Positions 60,985-64,000 of a stretch of DNA of 64,000 bases are shown one piece after another. This DNA is from Lepidodermella squamata (Eukaryota; Animalia; Gastrotricha), in contig JBLDXI010000010.1 in NCBI GenBank assembly GCA_047495785.1, positions 1,922,001 to 1,986,000 of the forward strand. Direction: 5' to 3'. The stretch's first letter is position 1. Every line of letters starts with the position of its first letter. The notes under the pieces are model-generated. The model worked only from the letters and a program-made list of their open reading frames with translations, did not search any database and was not told the origin of the DNA. The translations under genes and the position numbers were made by a program.

Positions 60985-62238
60985 TTAGAAAATGGTTGAA
61001 CCTTCGGGGAGAACGAACGGATCGAGCATCTTGCGATCGCCGCACACGACGCCTCGAATGGGCGTATCTTTCGGCTGCTCGGCGCACCAGACAATCGTGT
61101 CGGCGCCTTGCTCGGGAGATCGAACGCCCATCGGGTTCAGGTCAGTCTTGACAAGGCCCGGGCAGCAAGTGACAACGTGCACGTTTTGGTCGACCTTCTC
61201 GGCATCGAACTGCAGCTGATACAGACGGCAGATGATGGCTAGACCGAGCTTGGCCATTGCCCACGGATAGACAGCGCCTAGTTTGTAGTTGGGAATGAGC
61301 TCGGTATCGGGTGACTTGGCGAGCCATGCGCGGTTGTCGTTCGGGTCTTCAGGATTGTAAAGCTTCTCAGGATCGGAATTCATCAGGTCCTCCATTAACT
61401 GCAGAAAGAAAAAGCAGAGTTGGCAGAGTTAGTTATACAATGCAGCGAAAAATCCCGAAGAAAATGAGGATAATCGAAATTACCTTCGAGCAGTCCTCGA
61501 CTCGGGTACAGCCACGTAACAGTCGTTGCTTGTCTTCCTTAGTAGCCATGAACGCAAGGTTAGCCAGTCGTGATCCGACGAAAATCACCGACGAATTGTC
61601 GCCTAACAACGGGAACAGCTCGCGGCAAACTCGCAACGTGCTAAAGTAGTTGTTCTCGATGATAGACTTGAAGGACTCGCGGTCGAAACGAAACTTGACT
61701 TCTTCTTTTTCTTGACGTTGCTCCTTCTTCTCTTCATCGCGACGACGATCGCCTGTGTCCGAGCCAGCCTCGCGAACTTCAGGCTCGACGTGACGCTCGG
61801 TTGCACTCGACATTCCAGTTGAGCTTCTTTCCGATTCTTGCGAGAGGAAGTTCGGGTAATTTCCAGCATTGTTCACCAGAATGTGGATGCCGTGCTTGTG
61901 GTTCTCGCGGATGTGGTCACGGAATCGCCTGATGCTTTCGGGATCTTCGATGTCAAGCTGGTGGTACTTGGCTGTCAGCGTGATTTCTTCATGTAGGCGG
62001 CTCACCGCAGCTTGGCCGCGGTCGGCGTCGCGAGATGTCAAGTAGACGGTCCAGTTAGGGTTCGATTTAAGCAGGCTTTTGACCACGGCGTAGCCGATGC
62101 CTTCGTCAGCGCCGGTGACCACAACCACTCGTTCGCCTTGGAACAGCGACTTGGGGTGAAGAATTTTCTGGATAGTCTGGAGAAGATGGAGAAACGGACA
62201 TGAAATAGCCTGATTATAACCAAAATACTCACCTCCAT
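60985..62238 (-). CDS. Carbonyl reductase (CBR1)-like short-chain dehydrogenase (3 exons)
   Basis: VVVVTGADEGIG, VYLTSRDADRGQAAV, YHQLDI, ILVNNAG, NYFSTLRVCRELFPLL, CCPGLVKTD and SPEQGADT. A 6-nt first coding exon ATG GAG is followed by GTGAGT. Confidence 0.85.
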
Positions 62239-63055
62239 TTCTGTCGTTAGTAAGAGAAATAAATGTTTAAATTGAGATCGAAACTGTGCGAAAAATGTGT
62301 TGGTATTGATTTGAATCGAAACCATCTCTTTTATAGGCGCATATTCTGTGCTAATTAATGATTACGATTCTGGTTGTTAGCCATGTTCGTTTTCATTTCG
62401 CTTCGTTCGTTTCATTTTCGCCGACTTGTAATGTTTGCATTTTGCAAATCTCTCTTCACAATTGCACAATGTAAAACAAACTCATGTGGCGACAGTTACA
62501 TAAAAGTAGTCAGTCTAAAGTCAGGCCTAGTCAATGGTGGCTATAGTCATGCGATCGTGCCGATTGGAAAAACAGCAAAAACATGGGAAAACCTCAAGAA
62601 CTTGGGGCATAATATTTCTCTAATTCCCATAGTAGCGCAACCGAACCCACAAAGACTAGTGACCAGGCCCTGAATCAATCGTAAATAGCTGCAAACTTGT
62701 GCATTTTTTAATATCGTTTTGTACCTTGATGGAATTAAAGGACTTTCTCAAAGGACGACTTAATAAAAAGACCATGCTGTCGGGAATATCAGCCGGCAAT
62801 CAACGAATTTTTCTAGGCTCTAGATGGCAGGTTTAGTTCCATCCTGGCGAGCATAGCGGGATAAACTGCAGCCAGCTTTCGCCCTATTCACGGAAATCTT
62901 GTCTGAGCTCTGAGCTTCATGAGCTAAGGAAACCAAAAAAGCTAAATAGAACGTAAAATCTGAATTTTATTTTGTTCATACAATTTAATGAGAAAAGCAA
63001 TAATGATAATATAAGACCAGAAACCTTGGAAGCACACAATAAATTCAAAAGCACA

Positions 63056-64000
63056 CTAGCATGTCGAAATGTTCGGATCAGTCGGCGCCAAGTTCTCCTG
63101 GCCAGGCGCCACCGGGATCAACGACGGCGTAGTCAGCCAATCCGCAGTAAGCACCTTGCTGCAGAAAAACTGCGCCCCCTCGCCGTGCAGGCGAATTTCC
63201 GAAAAATACTTATCCCTAGTTATGGTCCGTTGGGTCGCGACCTCGAGAAAACCGAAAACGGCCGCGCCAAACCACGTTAAATTTTCACTGGGAACCGGCG
63301 ACAGGGCACATTTGAACGACTTTAAGCTGGTTACACTAGCCGGCAACCGACGCCCGTTGATCTCCCCGGTTTTTACCGCATTCTCCAGTTCGGCACATAG
63401 CCGATTACCGAAACCTGGCAATGACACAACACTTCCGACTAGAACAATGCGATCGGCTAGAATTTTCCGAGCATCAATCGGGCACCGATCTAAGGCGTTT
63501 AGAATCAGTTGGGTTATCGACCCAGTGTCCGAATCTGGGTCGAAAAGTGCCTCGCCCAAACTTTCCCGAACCGACCCGGGTACAACCAGAGGCGCGGATC
63601 TCCCGCCGAACGACGACTGGTAAGTCGAATCGCCAGCTTTCGGGCTCGGTTCTTTGCCCTCCTTCCTCAATTTTGCCCGGTCGAATCTATCAATGAAACA
63701 ATGCGTCTTCGAAATTACGTCATCCATGACTGAATCGTCGAGTTCAGCCCGCGGCCAATTGTGGTTTTCGACTAGATTCGACCGTAGATTATCGACAATT
63801 TGGCGATAACCAATCGCGGCTGATTCAACTGATTTGATTAGGGCGACATTTTCGTAGACTGGGATTACGCTGGTTTCAAACGCGTCGCAGTCTACGACAA
63901 GGCCTGACCGCCAACCGAGGCCGAAAAGTGAGAAAAGCGGGCCTGGCGCGACGAAAACTGACGCGACTTGGATATCGGTGAACAGGACGCTGAGTAGCAT
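63056..64000 (-). CDS. ACTR10: Actin-related protein 10 (dynactin Arp11), 5' end beyond the window
   Basis: LFSLFGLGWRSGLVVDC..ETSVIPVYE, VPGSVRE...EALF, CPIDARKILADRIVLVG...LPGFGNRL..EL and WFGAAVFGFL match ACTR10. Confidence 0.88.
   Translation of the reverse strand: MLLSVLFTDIQVASVFVAPGPLFSLFGLGWRSGLVVDCDAFETSVIPVYENVALIKSVESAAIGYRQIVDNLRSNLVENHNWPRAELDDSVMDDVISKTHCFIDRFDRAKLRKEGKEPSPKAGDSTYQSSFGGRSAPLVVPGSVRESLGEALFDPDSDTGSITQLILNALDRCPIDARKILADRIVLVGSVVSLPGFGNRLCAELENAVKTGEINGRRLPASVTSLKSFKCALSPVPSENLTWFGAAVFGFLEVATQRTITRDKYFSEIRLHGEGAQFFCSKVLTADWLTTPSLIPVAPGQENLAPTDPNISTC

Noticed and set aside
1-64000. Prokaryotic systems (CRISPR arrays, operons, defence islands), rRNA or telomeric arrays
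   Set aside because: The sequence is intron-containing animal DNA, and no regularly spaced repeat-spacer array or rRNA-like sequence was seen.

Overview
Eukaryotic (animal) genomic DNA from a compact invertebrate genome. It uses the standard code and has GT-AG introns, mostly about 40-65 nt, with some longer AT-rich introns in housekeeping genes. Conserved genes are NOSIP (first exon only), an SLC49A4/DIRC2-like MFS transporter, CHD1/2, a carbonyl reductase-like SDR and ACTR10 (5' end outside the window). Between them is a dense set of divergent receptor and cell-surface genes: five Cys-loop (pentameric ligand-gated) ion channel loci (one a pseudogene), two GABA-B-like class C GPCRs alternating with two LOXHD1-like PLAT-repeat genes, a membrane-anchored IgGFc-binding/collagen/EGF protein, and a secreted double-Kunitz-like protein. 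The best candidate for something new is an intronless Cys-loop channel (37428-39749) carrying an N-terminal LamG/pentraxin-like domain on a mucin stalk and lacking the classical acetylcholine-binding residues. Transposon debris comprises MULE and P-like transposase remnants, a palindromic MITE with an 8-bp target-site duplication and two related tRNA-derived SINE-like copies. All homology calls come from motif recognition by eye, with no database search, and exon boundaries were hand-derived.
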